In this document: positions 37,367 to 49,839 of the stretch, piece by piece
Layout of the letters: every line of letters begins with the position of its first letter
Numbering within the stretch: the first letter of the stretch is position 1
Assembly: GCA_943788175.1 (NCBI GenBank)
Contig: CALSPG010000005.1
Span: 192,001-256,000, forward strand
DNA length: 64,000 nt
DNA from: an uncultured bacterium
GTDB taxonomy: Bacteria; Fidelibacterota; Marinisomatia; Marinisomatales; UBA1611
Direction: 5' to 3'
Position numbers and translations under genes: made by a program
The notes under the pieces: model-generated
What the model was told of the DNA's origin: nothing
Databases searched by the model: none
What the model saw: the letters and a program-made list of their open reading frames with translations, nothing else

Positions 37367-38032
37367 CTATGGTTGGTATTTCTTAAATAGTTTAGATGGA
37401 TTCTCGTTATCCGCAACATATAAAATGGGTGAACATTCTAAACATTGCACGGCAACATAAGTCCCATCACCGTCAGGATCAACATAATCAACTCCACCAG
37501 GAAGAACTATATATATATAGTGACCATCCTGGTAAGGACTTTTAATTGCGTTGTTTGCAAATTCAGCCATGTACTCCACGTGTCCTTGTGTTCCTTGATC
37601 ATCAGTAATAGTGCTCTCTATCGCCTTGTTAGCTCCAGAAGCAGTTGTCCCAAATATAGATCTCCATTTGGCACCTTCACTATGGTCGTATGTATTAAAG
37701 GCGGTTGATTCGTCAGCATCTTCACCAATTGCTGATAGAAGCATTATTTCGCTGTCATATCCACCTACAGCAACATTATATTTCTCTTGCCCGGGAAATC
37801 TTCCACGGCCCTCAACAGTAACTCTATTGTTAAAAAAGTTTGAAGAAGCAATAACAATTTTGTCAATTTCAGCTAACGTTTTTTTCTCTTTAGCGCCTTC
37901 TCCAATTCCTGAGAATCTTGGAGCAGCTGTTGTGGCTAGAGTCGCCATCATTGCTGTTGTAACTGCGAATTCAGCTAATGAGTTTCCACTTATACTTTTT
38001 ATTTTTTTTTTAATACTTTTTAATTTTATCAT
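37367..38032 (-). CDS. Atypical long type IV pilin (class A), monocistronic
   Basis: SG|NSLAEFAVTTAMMATLATTAAPRF; homologous to the duplicated long pilin (GRFPGQEKY, KWRSIFG, IKSPYQDGHY, CxxC). Confidence 0.8.
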   Translation of the reverse strand: MIKLKSIKKKIKSISGNSLAEFAVTTAMMATLATTAAPRFSGIGEGAKEKKTLAEIDKIVIASSNFFNNRVTVEGRGRFPGQEKYNVAVGGYDSEIMLLSAIGEDADESTAFNTYDHSEGAKWRSIFGTTASGANKAIESTITDDQGTQGHVEYMAEFANNAIKSPYQDGHYIYIVLPGGVDYVDPDGDGTYVAVQCLECSPILYVADNENPSKLFKKYQP

Positions 38033-38076
38033 AATTTAGTTTCCTAACTGAATGTTTTGTGCACTGTAAATATAAC

Positions 38077-38092
38077 AGCAATATCTATGCCG
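38077..38092 (-). promoter_or_regulatory. Sigma-54 promoter of pilin unit 1
   Basis: Minus strand CGGCATAGATATTGCT, with canonical GG-N10-GC spacing. Confidence 0.75.
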
Positions 38093-38199
38093 GAAATAGG
38101 TTTTTATCTTATAAATATTGTTTTTCCTCTTAAAATAATATTTAACTGAAAATAGACTGCTCTATTATTTAATTTTTTTAACAGCATATTAATACATAT

Positions 38200-38216
38200 T
38201 GTAACACTATGTTACA
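38200..38216. promoter_or_regulatory. Palindromic TGT-N11-ACA putative enhancer site
   Basis: TGTAACA-CTA-TGTTACA, 108 bp from the promoter edge. Confidence 0.75.
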
Positions 38217-38240
38217 GCTGGTACAATTGGTACATGCTCA

Positions 38241-39251
38241 TTAATCTAAATCCGATGCAATGGTCCAGAATGATTTCAATGGTATTTCGCCAATAATATA
38301 ATTATCTAAATCTTGATAATGTGATAATACTTGATCAATTAAGTCATTTTGGTTCCAAAGTCGAACTTTAAAAAACTCATTTGATCTTTCTTGCTCTACA
38401 TTGCTCTTAAAACCTCCCCACGCTACCAATAATCCGTAATTCGCCCCGACGTCATTCATTGTGCCTAGAAATTTATCTAGTGTAGCAACGGGAACGTCAT
38501 CAGCTCTAACTTGAATACATATCCTTGCATCATCGTCAAAGCCCATTCCGCCTTTGGCAGCAAGAATGTCTAAATCAGAGCCGGACTCATCCGATGAGCC
38601 CATATGGGTGGTATAACCTTTTGCTTCCATAACCGCTTTTACAAGCTTAGCCAATCGATGCCCTTTAAATTTTGTTCTAATTAGCTGAGCGATTTGATCC
38701 CTTGATATTTCTTGGAGCAATGCCACGAGTTCATTCATTTGGTCGTAACTAGTATCGTCATCCTTTGTTGGCGCCCAATCGTTATCCGCCATGGTGTGGA
38801 ATACTTTTTCTACACCATCAGCATTAAACACATCTTTAAAACCACCTAATTGATAAAGAATATCTGTTGGGAAATACCCTCTGGGAATGTCTTTTTCTAT
38901 CCATTTAATTTCTCTAGAATGGTAATAAGGGTCTACACCGCCTTTTTCATAAACGTATCCACCTGTTACCTCGCCAACATGCAATACGGGGCTTAGTTTA
39001 CTAGGAACAATAACCCAATCTTTTTGTTGTACTTCATGCGCAAATGACCATATCTGATCAGACCAACTTGAAAGTTTTGAGGATGGTAGCGTAGGGTAAA
39101 ATTCATCTAGAGAAATTCGAAGCGCTGCTTGTTCTGCGATTTTGTTAAGGTCTGTTTTAAAACCATCCCTTGTTAAATATACTTTACTTTCTTGAAGAAA
39201 ACGGTTTTCATATTCTCCAAATTTTCCACCTCTAACAACCCAAATTGACAT
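38241..39251 (-). CDS. Mrr-like (type IV) restriction endonuclease family protein
   Basis: MSIWVVRGGKFGEYE N-terminus; C-terminal Mrr_cat-like LVKAVMEAKGY...DILA...ICIQVR...GLLVAWGGF...VRLWNQ. Confidence 0.75.
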   Translation of the reverse strand: MSIWVVRGGKFGEYENRFLQESKVYLTRDGFKTDLNKIAEQAALRISLDEFYPTLPSSKLSSWSDQIWSFAHEVQQKDWVIVPSKLSPVLHVGEVTGGYVYEKGGVDPYYHSREIKWIEKDIPRGYFPTDILYQLGGFKDVFNADGVEKVFHTMADNDWAPTKDDDTSYDQMNELVALLQEISRDQIAQLIRTKFKGHRLAKLVKAVMEAKGYTTHMGSSDESGSDLDILAAKGGMGFDDDARICIQVRADDVPVATLDKFLGTMNDVGANYGLLVAWGGFKSNVEQERSNEFFKVRLWNQNDLIDQVLSHYQDLDNYIIGEIPLKSFWTIASDLD

Positions 39252-39345
39252 ACTTATTCCTTTTTATCTTTATATACTTTGTTAAAATAATTTAATACAA
39301 AACAATGTTATCTATCACGTTTATTTAGTTTTGTAGTCATGCCAT

Positions 39346-40599
39346 TTAGTTGTTGGCAAGAGATTCATACATGTCCCATATTGGTAAAAATATAGAAAGA
39401 GCTAAGACTAAAATCATTGCGCCCATTATTACAGTAATAATAGGCTCTAAAGTAGAGGTAAGCGTGCGCACTCTTGTCTGAGTTTCGTTATCAACCATTA
39501 ATGCGATTTCGACTAGCATATCATCCAAGGAAGCTGCTTCTTCTCCAACTTGAATCATTTTTATTTGTTGTGCTTCAAAAATGTCCGAACCATATTTATC
39601 CAGGGACTTAGCAATTTTATGACCAAGCCCAACATCTGATTTAGTATTTGCGAGTTTGTGTTGTACGTAACTATTTCCAGTACTTCTCGAAGAAATTGTT
39701 AGAGATTCTAAAATTGGGACACCTGTTCTATTTAGCGTTTCAAGTACGTGGCAAAATCTTGAAATAGCCATATTCTTAAAGATTTTTCCAAAAACAGGAG
39801 CGTTAATTTTAAACCTATCCCAAACAATTGCGCCTTTTTTGGTTCTTTTAAAATGAAAAAATAATCCTGCGAGTATTGCAATACCTGTAATAAGATAGAA
39901 AGAATAATTTTGTAAAAAAGTATCAATTCCAAGTAAAATTCTTGTTGGTAGTGGCAATTCAATACCTGTTTGGCTAAAAAGAACAGAAAATCGAGGCAGA
40001 ATAAATGCAACAGCGTAAAAACCAACTGTCACGGTTATTCCGATAACAATCATTGGATATCTTATTGCTTGTTTAATTCCATTCGTCAATTGTAAATCGT
40101 AACTGATAAAATCTGCAAGTTTAAAAAGAACAGTTTCTAAAACGCCTGAGCTTTCTCCAGCTCTGATAATATTAATATACATTGTATCAAAGACTTTTGG
40201 ATGTTTTTCCAATGAATTTGACAGGGTGGCTCCAGCAGAAATATCTTCAATAATTTTTTTAATGGTTTTATTTAAAAGTGGATTAATCGTTTTTGAAAGC
40301 ATTGATTCTAAAGCATCAATAAGAGGTACACCCGCCTTAAGCATTACGGATAATTGTCTAGAAAAATTATATATTGAATCAGGTGGAACGCTGTCGAATA
40401 CGTTTACATCAAGCTTTTCAAAGACGGAGACCTTTTTAACTGTGATTGATATTGGGTCCAGCCCCATTTTCTTGAGTTGCTCTAAAACAATTCTTTCCTC
40501 AATTGCTTTAATTTCACCTTTCACCACAGATGCTTTTTGATCTCTTGCGATGTAGGAAAATATTTCTACAGCATTTTTACTCTTTGCCGCGGAGGCCAT
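39346..40599 (-). CDS. pilC: Type IV pilus platform protein PilC (GspF family)
   Basis: FSRQLSVMLKAGVPL, HPKVF, RAGESSG, YPMIV, LEPIITV. Confidence 0.92.
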   Translation of the reverse strand: MASAAKSKNAVEIFSYIARDQKASVVKGEIKAIEERIVLEQLKKMGLDPISITVKKVSVFEKLDVNVFDSVPPDSIYNFSRQLSVMLKAGVPLIDALESMLSKTINPLLNKTIKKIIEDISAGATLSNSLEKHPKVFDTMYINIIRAGESSGVLETVLFKLADFISYDLQLTNGIKQAIRYPMIVIGITVTVGFYAVAFILPRFSVLFSQTGIELPLPTRILLGIDTFLQNYSFYLITGIAILAGLFFHFKRTKKGAIVWDRFKINAPVFGKIFKNMAISRFCHVLETLNRTGVPILESLTISSRSTGNSYVQHKLANTKSDVGLGHKIAKSLDKYGSDIFEAQQIKMIQVGEEAASLDDMLVEIALMVDNETQTRVRTLTSTLEPIITVIMGAMILVLALSIFLPIWDMYESLANN

Positions 40600-42031
40600 A
40601 TTGTTCCAATTTTCTATAAAGTGTCATTCTACTAATACCCAATTCTTCTGCTGTTGAAGTCATGTTCCATTTATTTCTTTCAACACTTGATTTGATTGCT
40701 TCCATTTCAATTTCTTTGAGAGTCGCAATTTTAAGTACAGGGTTTGAATCTGTTATTGTTCCTATAACTAGATCGCTATTTGGAGAAGAACCTTTTTCTG
40801 GTTTTTTTTCTAATTCAGGTTCAATCGTGTCTGGTGCTTTTTGAGCTTCAATAATTGTTTCTTTTTCATCTAATACCGAACCTAAATCTTTTTCAGTTAA
40901 GTATTTATTACTGCAAATCAAAAGAGCCCTCTCTAAAGTATTTTCAAGCTCTCGAACATTTCCTGGCCATGAATAGTCAATTAATCTATCAATTGCTTTT
41001 GGTTCGATGTAGGCAACATTAAGATTATGCTTCTTTTTAAGAGATTTAAAGATAGCATAAGTTAAAAGAGGAATATCAACTTTTCGTTCTCTTAAAGGAG
41101 GAAGAGTGACAGGGAAAACATTTATACGATGAAATAGGTCCTCTCTAAACTCCCCATCTTTAATCTTCTCATTTAGGTCTTGGTTTGTTGCAGAAATAAC
41201 TCGCACATCTACTGTATGAGTCTCCGCTCCACCAACCCTTTCTATTTCACCACTTTCCAAGACTCTTAATATTTTTGCCTGAAGAGAAGTACTCATATCT
41301 CCTATCTCATCTAAGAAAATAGTTCCACCATTAGCAACCAAAAATTTTCCATCTTTTTTCTCATCTGCCCCAGTGAAAGAACCTTTTTCATGTCCGAATA
41401 ATTCACTTTCAAGAAGTTCTGAAGGAATGGCTGGACAGTTAACCGACACTAACGACTTTTTACTTCTTTTGCTGGTGTCATGCATAAATTTTGCAGTTAA
41501 ATTTTTTCCTGTTCCACTTTCACCATAAAGAATTGTTATAACATCTTTTTCTTGAATTTGAAGAAGTAATGTATAAATTTTTTGCATGGAATCTGAAACA
41601 CCCAAAATAGTGCTTAAGCCATGCGAGTTTATTTGTTTTCGCTGATTTTTATTTAACCCTCTGCTAAAATTGATAAACGTGGAGCAATTATCAATTAGTT
41701 CATTAAAGTGTTCAACCGAAGAACCTTTTGGTTCAAACCAACCAGACAAACCATTGTCAAAATCAGTTAAAATTTCAGATCTTCTTTTATCGGACCTCAC
41801 AATTGCGATAATAGGTGTTTTGCTATAATGCTCTAATTGTTTAATCAAATTACTTGGGTCCATTAAAGGTAGTTGGTCTTCAATAATTACAGCGCTATAT
41901 CTATTCTCGCTATCAGCCAAGGCATTTAATGCGATCATTCCATTTTGTACTGCATCGATTTTTTTATCAGAATCATTCAATATCTGTTTAACATCAAATG
42001 AGTCACCTACATATAAAATTGGGTCTATCAT
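40577..42031 (-). CDS. Sigma-54-dependent transcriptional activator (PilR/NtrC-like) with a degenerate receiver domain
   Basis: GESGTGK, ESELFGHEKGSFTGA, FLDEIG, FREDLF, WPGNVREL, and a Fis HTH (TAEELGISRMTLYRKL). TGATG overlap with pilB. Confidence 0.9.
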   Translation of the reverse strand: MIDPILYVGDSFDVKQILNDSDKKIDAVQNGMIALNALADSENRYSAVIIEDQLPLMDPSNLIKQLEHYSKTPIIAIVRSDKRRSEILTDFDNGLSGWFEPKGSSVEHFNELIDNCSTFINFSRGLNKNQRKQINSHGLSTILGVSDSMQKIYTLLLQIQEKDVITILYGESGTGKNLTAKFMHDTSKRSKKSLVSVNCPAIPSELLESELFGHEKGSFTGADEKKDGKFLVANGGTIFLDEIGDMSTSLQAKILRVLESGEIERVGGAETHTVDVRVISATNQDLNEKIKDGEFREDLFHRINVFPVTLPPLRERKVDIPLLTYAIFKSLKKKHNLNVAYIEPKAIDRLIDYSWPGNVRELENTLERALLICSNKYLTEKDLGSVLDEKETIIEAQKAPDTIEPELEKKPEKGSSPNSDLVIGTITDSNPVLKIATLKEIEMEAIKSSVERNKWNMTSTAEELGISRMTLYRKLEQYGLRGKE

Positions 42032-43686
42032 CAAATAGTATCCGTTCCAAGTGTTTCTACAATTTCTTGTAAGGATGTTTCTCCACGTTGTGCTTTTATT
42101 AAGCCATCATGTAGTAGCGAAAACATTCCATACTCTATTGCTTTTTGTCTTATAACATGACCCGGTTTTTGTTCCATTACTAAATCAGCAATGTCATTAT
42201 TCATTCTAATGAGCTCAAAAAGCCCAACCCTACCTTGATATCCTGTATTTCTACAGCTCAAACAACCAACGCCTTTGTAAAACTCAATTGGTTCATCGAC
42301 TTCGAGACCAAATTTTATTAGCTCTGAAGGTTCAACCATATGTTTTTCGCGACATTCTTTGCATAATTTTCTAACGAGCCTTTGGGATAATATTCCTTTT
42401 ACTGTAGAAGTAATCAAAAAAGGTTCCATTCCCCAGTTTAATAGTCGAGTGAATCCCGAGGCTGAATCATTTGTGTGTATTGTACTAAATACTAGATGGC
42501 CAGTTAAGGCAGCTCTAATAGCAAGTTCTACCGTTTCTTCATCTCGAACCTCCCCTACCATGATTATGTCAGGATCTTGTCTCAAAATTGCTCTTAATGC
42601 TGAGGCAAAAGTGACACCTGATCTACGGTTTACTTGCGCCTGATTTATGTTATCTAGATCATATTCAATAGGGTCTTCGATTGTTACAATATTTACATCT
42701 GGGTTATCCATCTTATTTAAGGTGGAATAAAGAGTTGTCGTTTTCCCACTACCTGTTGGTCCTGAAACGAGAATGATTCCCTCTCCTCCAATAAGCATAT
42801 CTTCAAATCGGTTAAGGATGTCTTTTTCAAATCCTAAGCCATCAAGGTCGTGCATCGCATCGGATATGTTTAATAGTCGAAGTACTGACTTTTCTCCATA
42901 AAGAGTTGGGTATGTTGAAACACGAAGGTCGAGCCTATCATTATTCATATCAAATAATATTCTACCATCCTGTGGCCTTCTTGATTCTGCAATATCCATA
43001 TTGCCCATGATTTTTATTCTAGATGTTAATGGCGTGGCAATGGAAACAGGGAGTGTTTGAAAGTCTACTAGTTTTCCATCTATCCTGAATCTCACTCGAA
43101 TATCCGTTTCTCTAGTTTCTATGTGTATATCACTGGCTCGGTATTTCGCACTGTTTTCAATGATGCTATCGACCAGTTGAACAATTCGTGTATCATCAAT
43201 ATCATCAATACTAATATTTTCATCTTCAAAACCACTCATGGTTGACATGCCATAATAAATATCTATAGCAGCCTGCAGTTCGTTTGCAGTCACTATTATT
43301 GGCTCAGCTTTAAGGCCAGATGCATTTCTAGCTGCATTTATTGGGTCAGGATCTATTGGGTCGAGAATAGCAACATTTATTGTATTATTAAGATTAAAGA
43401 TTGGTAAAACGTTGTATTCTCTAACTATCCTTTCAGGTATCATGCCTAAGACTGATTTATCAACTTCAAAATGCCCAAGTTCAACAGCTGGGATATGGAG
43501 TTGTTGGCTTAAAAATCGATTTCTTGTTTTTTCATCAATAAGCCCAGCACCGATTAAAACTTCACCAATGTAGCCACTATTTACTTCTTTAGCTTGTTTG
43601 AGTAAGGCTTGTTCAAGCTGCTCAGGTTCAATTATACCTGCTTCGATCAACAAGAGCCCTAGATTCTTTTTTCTAGTAATAGCCAT
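42031..43686 (-). CDS. pilB: Type IV pilus assembly ATPase PilB (GspE family)
   Basis: GPTGSGKTTTLY, TIEDPIE, LRQDPD, GEVRD, TGHLVFSTIHTN, and tetracysteine CKEC/CLSC. ATG 43686 forms a TAATG overlap with pilD. Confidence 0.93.
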   Translation of the reverse strand: MAITRKKNLGLLLIEAGIIEPEQLEQALLKQAKEVNSGYIGEVLIGAGLIDEKTRNRFLSQQLHIPAVELGHFEVDKSVLGMIPERIVREYNVLPIFNLNNTINVAILDPIDPDPINAARNASGLKAEPIIVTANELQAAIDIYYGMSTMSGFEDENISIDDIDDTRIVQLVDSIIENSAKYRASDIHIETRETDIRVRFRIDGKLVDFQTLPVSIATPLTSRIKIMGNMDIAESRRPQDGRILFDMNNDRLDLRVSTYPTLYGEKSVLRLLNISDAMHDLDGLGFEKDILNRFEDMLIGGEGIILVSGPTGSGKTTTLYSTLNKMDNPDVNIVTIEDPIEYDLDNINQAQVNRRSGVTFASALRAILRQDPDIIMVGEVRDEETVELAIRAALTGHLVFSTIHTNDSASGFTRLLNWGMEPFLITSTVKGILSQRLVRKLCKECREKHMVEPSELIKFGLEVDEPIEFYKGVGCLSCRNTGYQGRVGLFELIRMNNDIADLVMEQKPGHVIRQKAIEYGMFSLLHDGLIKAQRGETSLQEIVETLGTDTI

Positions 43687-44507
43687 TAAAAGAAATACTC
43701 TCCGTTCCACATATTTGTGAAATACCAATTAATAATATAATTTCCACCACCAACAGTTTTTGTGAGAATTGTTAGGAGGGTCCCGGCGGCGATTGCTGGG
43801 CCAAATGGAACCATGTGATCATCGCTTACTTCTTTAGCAATTAATAGAATTAAACTCATAAACCCGCCAAAAACAAAGCTAAGAAACAAGGCTAAAAGAG
43901 ACAACTCTGAACCAAGAAAAGAGCCTAATACAAACCCAAGTTTTACATCTCCAAAACCCATTGCCTCTTTTTTAAAAATAAAGGTACCCATTGCACCCAT
44001 TATAAATAAAGTCCCCCCAAACGTAAGGAAACCGTATATGCCATCCATTATTGATATGGGTAATAAATTAAATGTGTGAGAGATTATAGAAATTATAAAT
44101 CCAAAAATGATAAACTCATTTGGAATAACAAAGTGATCTACGTCAATGAATGTTATAGCGATTAACATGAAACACAATAATACAACCACCAAAAATTCAT
44201 ACGATGGGCCATAAATATTTAACAACATTAATGCCATCATTCCACAAATGAATTCAACTAAAGGATATCTAATGCTAATTGGCGATTTACAATTTCTACA
44301 TTTAGCTAAAAGTGCTATATAGCTCAATACTGGAATATTATCGTACCAGGCAATCTGTTTCCCGCATCCATTACATTTAGAGCGGGGCTTAATAATAGAC
44401 TTATTATTAGGTAGGCGATAAATAATTACGTTTAAAAAACTACCAACCACTAGGCCAACAATAACTGCATATATTTGCATGAACGGATAAAGCTCCTTAG
44501 CTATCAT
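43686..44507 (-). CDS. pilD: Prepilin peptidase/N-methyltransferase PilD
   Basis: GSFLNVIIYRLP, RSKCNGC, KCRNC, FIDVDH, AMGFGDVKL, VPFGPAI. Confidence 0.93.
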   Translation of the reverse strand: MIAKELYPFMQIYAVIVGLVVGSFLNVIIYRLPNNKSIIKPRSKCNGCGKQIAWYDNIPVLSYIALLAKCRNCKSPISIRYPLVEFICGMMALMLLNIYGPSYEFLVVVLLCFMLIAITFIDVDHFVIPNEFIIFGFIISIISHTFNLLPISIMDGIYGFLTFGGTLFIMGAMGTFIFKKEAMGFGDVKLGFVLGSFLGSELSLLALFLSFVFGGFMSLILLIAKEVSDDHMVPFGPAIAAGTLLTILTKTVGGGNYIINWYFTNMWNGEYFF

Positions 44508-44892
44508 GTCCGATATCCTCATTATTTTTTTCCAGCAATGTAATTATATCTTTTAGCTGAAAAGGTTTTTCAATCATATTATCTGCATTGCTTTGCTTAA
44601 ACATTTTATCAATTGCCGGGCCAGTAGTATTACTCATTATGATAATTTTTGTATCAGTATGTCTATCGTCACTTTTAATTAATTTAGATAGTTTAAATCC
44701 GCTTACGTAAGGAAGAAGGTCATTAACAATTATGACTTTAGGAGCTTCATTTTTTGCTCGAACGTAACCGTCGTAACCATCTGGCGCTGTTATGACTAAA
44801 AAGCCTTTATCCTTCAGTCCAGAAGATATATGGTCAATCGACTGTTCGTCACTATCAACAATTAGGATTGGTTGTGGCAATGATTCAGGCAT
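44497..44892 (-). CDS. Single-domain response regulator (probable pseudo-receiver)
   Basis: ILIVDSDE, IIVNDLLP, IEKPF. Confidence 0.8.
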   Translation of the reverse strand: MPESLPQPILIVDSDEQSIDHISSGLKDKGFLVITAPDGYDGYVRAKNEAPKVIIVNDLLPYVSGFKLSKLIKSDDRHTDTKIIIMSNTTGPAIDKMFKQSNADNMIEKPFQLKDIITLLEKNNEDIGHDS

Positions 44893-45005
44893 AATAACTT
44901 AACCCGTCTTTATTTTATTTTGTTTTTGCGCATAGTTCCGCTACTATGCTACTTACCTCGGTTACCTTGAATATAATCACAAAATGATACATGGCAACAA
45001 CAAAA

Positions 45006-45064
45006 TGTATCATTTTATTACACCCTTAATTTTGTAACATAATTAGATGTTACATAATGTTACA
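45006..45064. promoter_or_regulatory. TGT-N11-ACA sites upstream of the receiver-pilD-pilB-activator-pilC operon
   Basis: TGTATCATTTTATTACA (45006-45022), TGTTACATAATGTTACA (45048-45064), and an extra TGTAACA at 45033. Confidence 0.6.
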
Positions 45065-45341
45065 TTCAACATTTAATCGACTTAAAACTATAATAATATT
45101 TTATGAATTTTATTTTTTGATAAATAAATTTGTTACAAATAAACTATGTATATATTTTTAATAAGAGCCCCTGATTTAAATAAGAGAGTTTTAAAAGGTA
45201 CAGTTTTAAGGCTATATAAAAAGAGCATAAGTGTAACGTTTTTAGACAATGGTATAAGTCAACTTTAAATAATTGTGATAGTACCAAATATTATGATATT
45301 CGATAATATATTATATGAATGGTTTAACGAACTATTAGAAC

Positions 45342-49825
<4,484 letters not shown>

Positions 49826-49839
49826 AAAGAGGCATTAGT

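Noticed and set aside
27321-38032. Shufflon or integron cassette array
   Set aside because: All genes are co-oriented, there is no tyrosine or serine recombinase, and there are no attC-like or sfx-like sites. Several genes overlap by one base.
27321-38032. Silent pilS-type cassettes
   Set aside because: All copies retain start codons and full leaders, and they lie downstream of promoter-like elements.
16810-44507. Classical type II secretion system
   Set aside because: PilM/N/O/P-like genes, a PilR-like activator and many major-type pilins fit a T4aP/MSHA-like pilus better. A secretion role is not fully excluded given the ExeA domain and short secretin.
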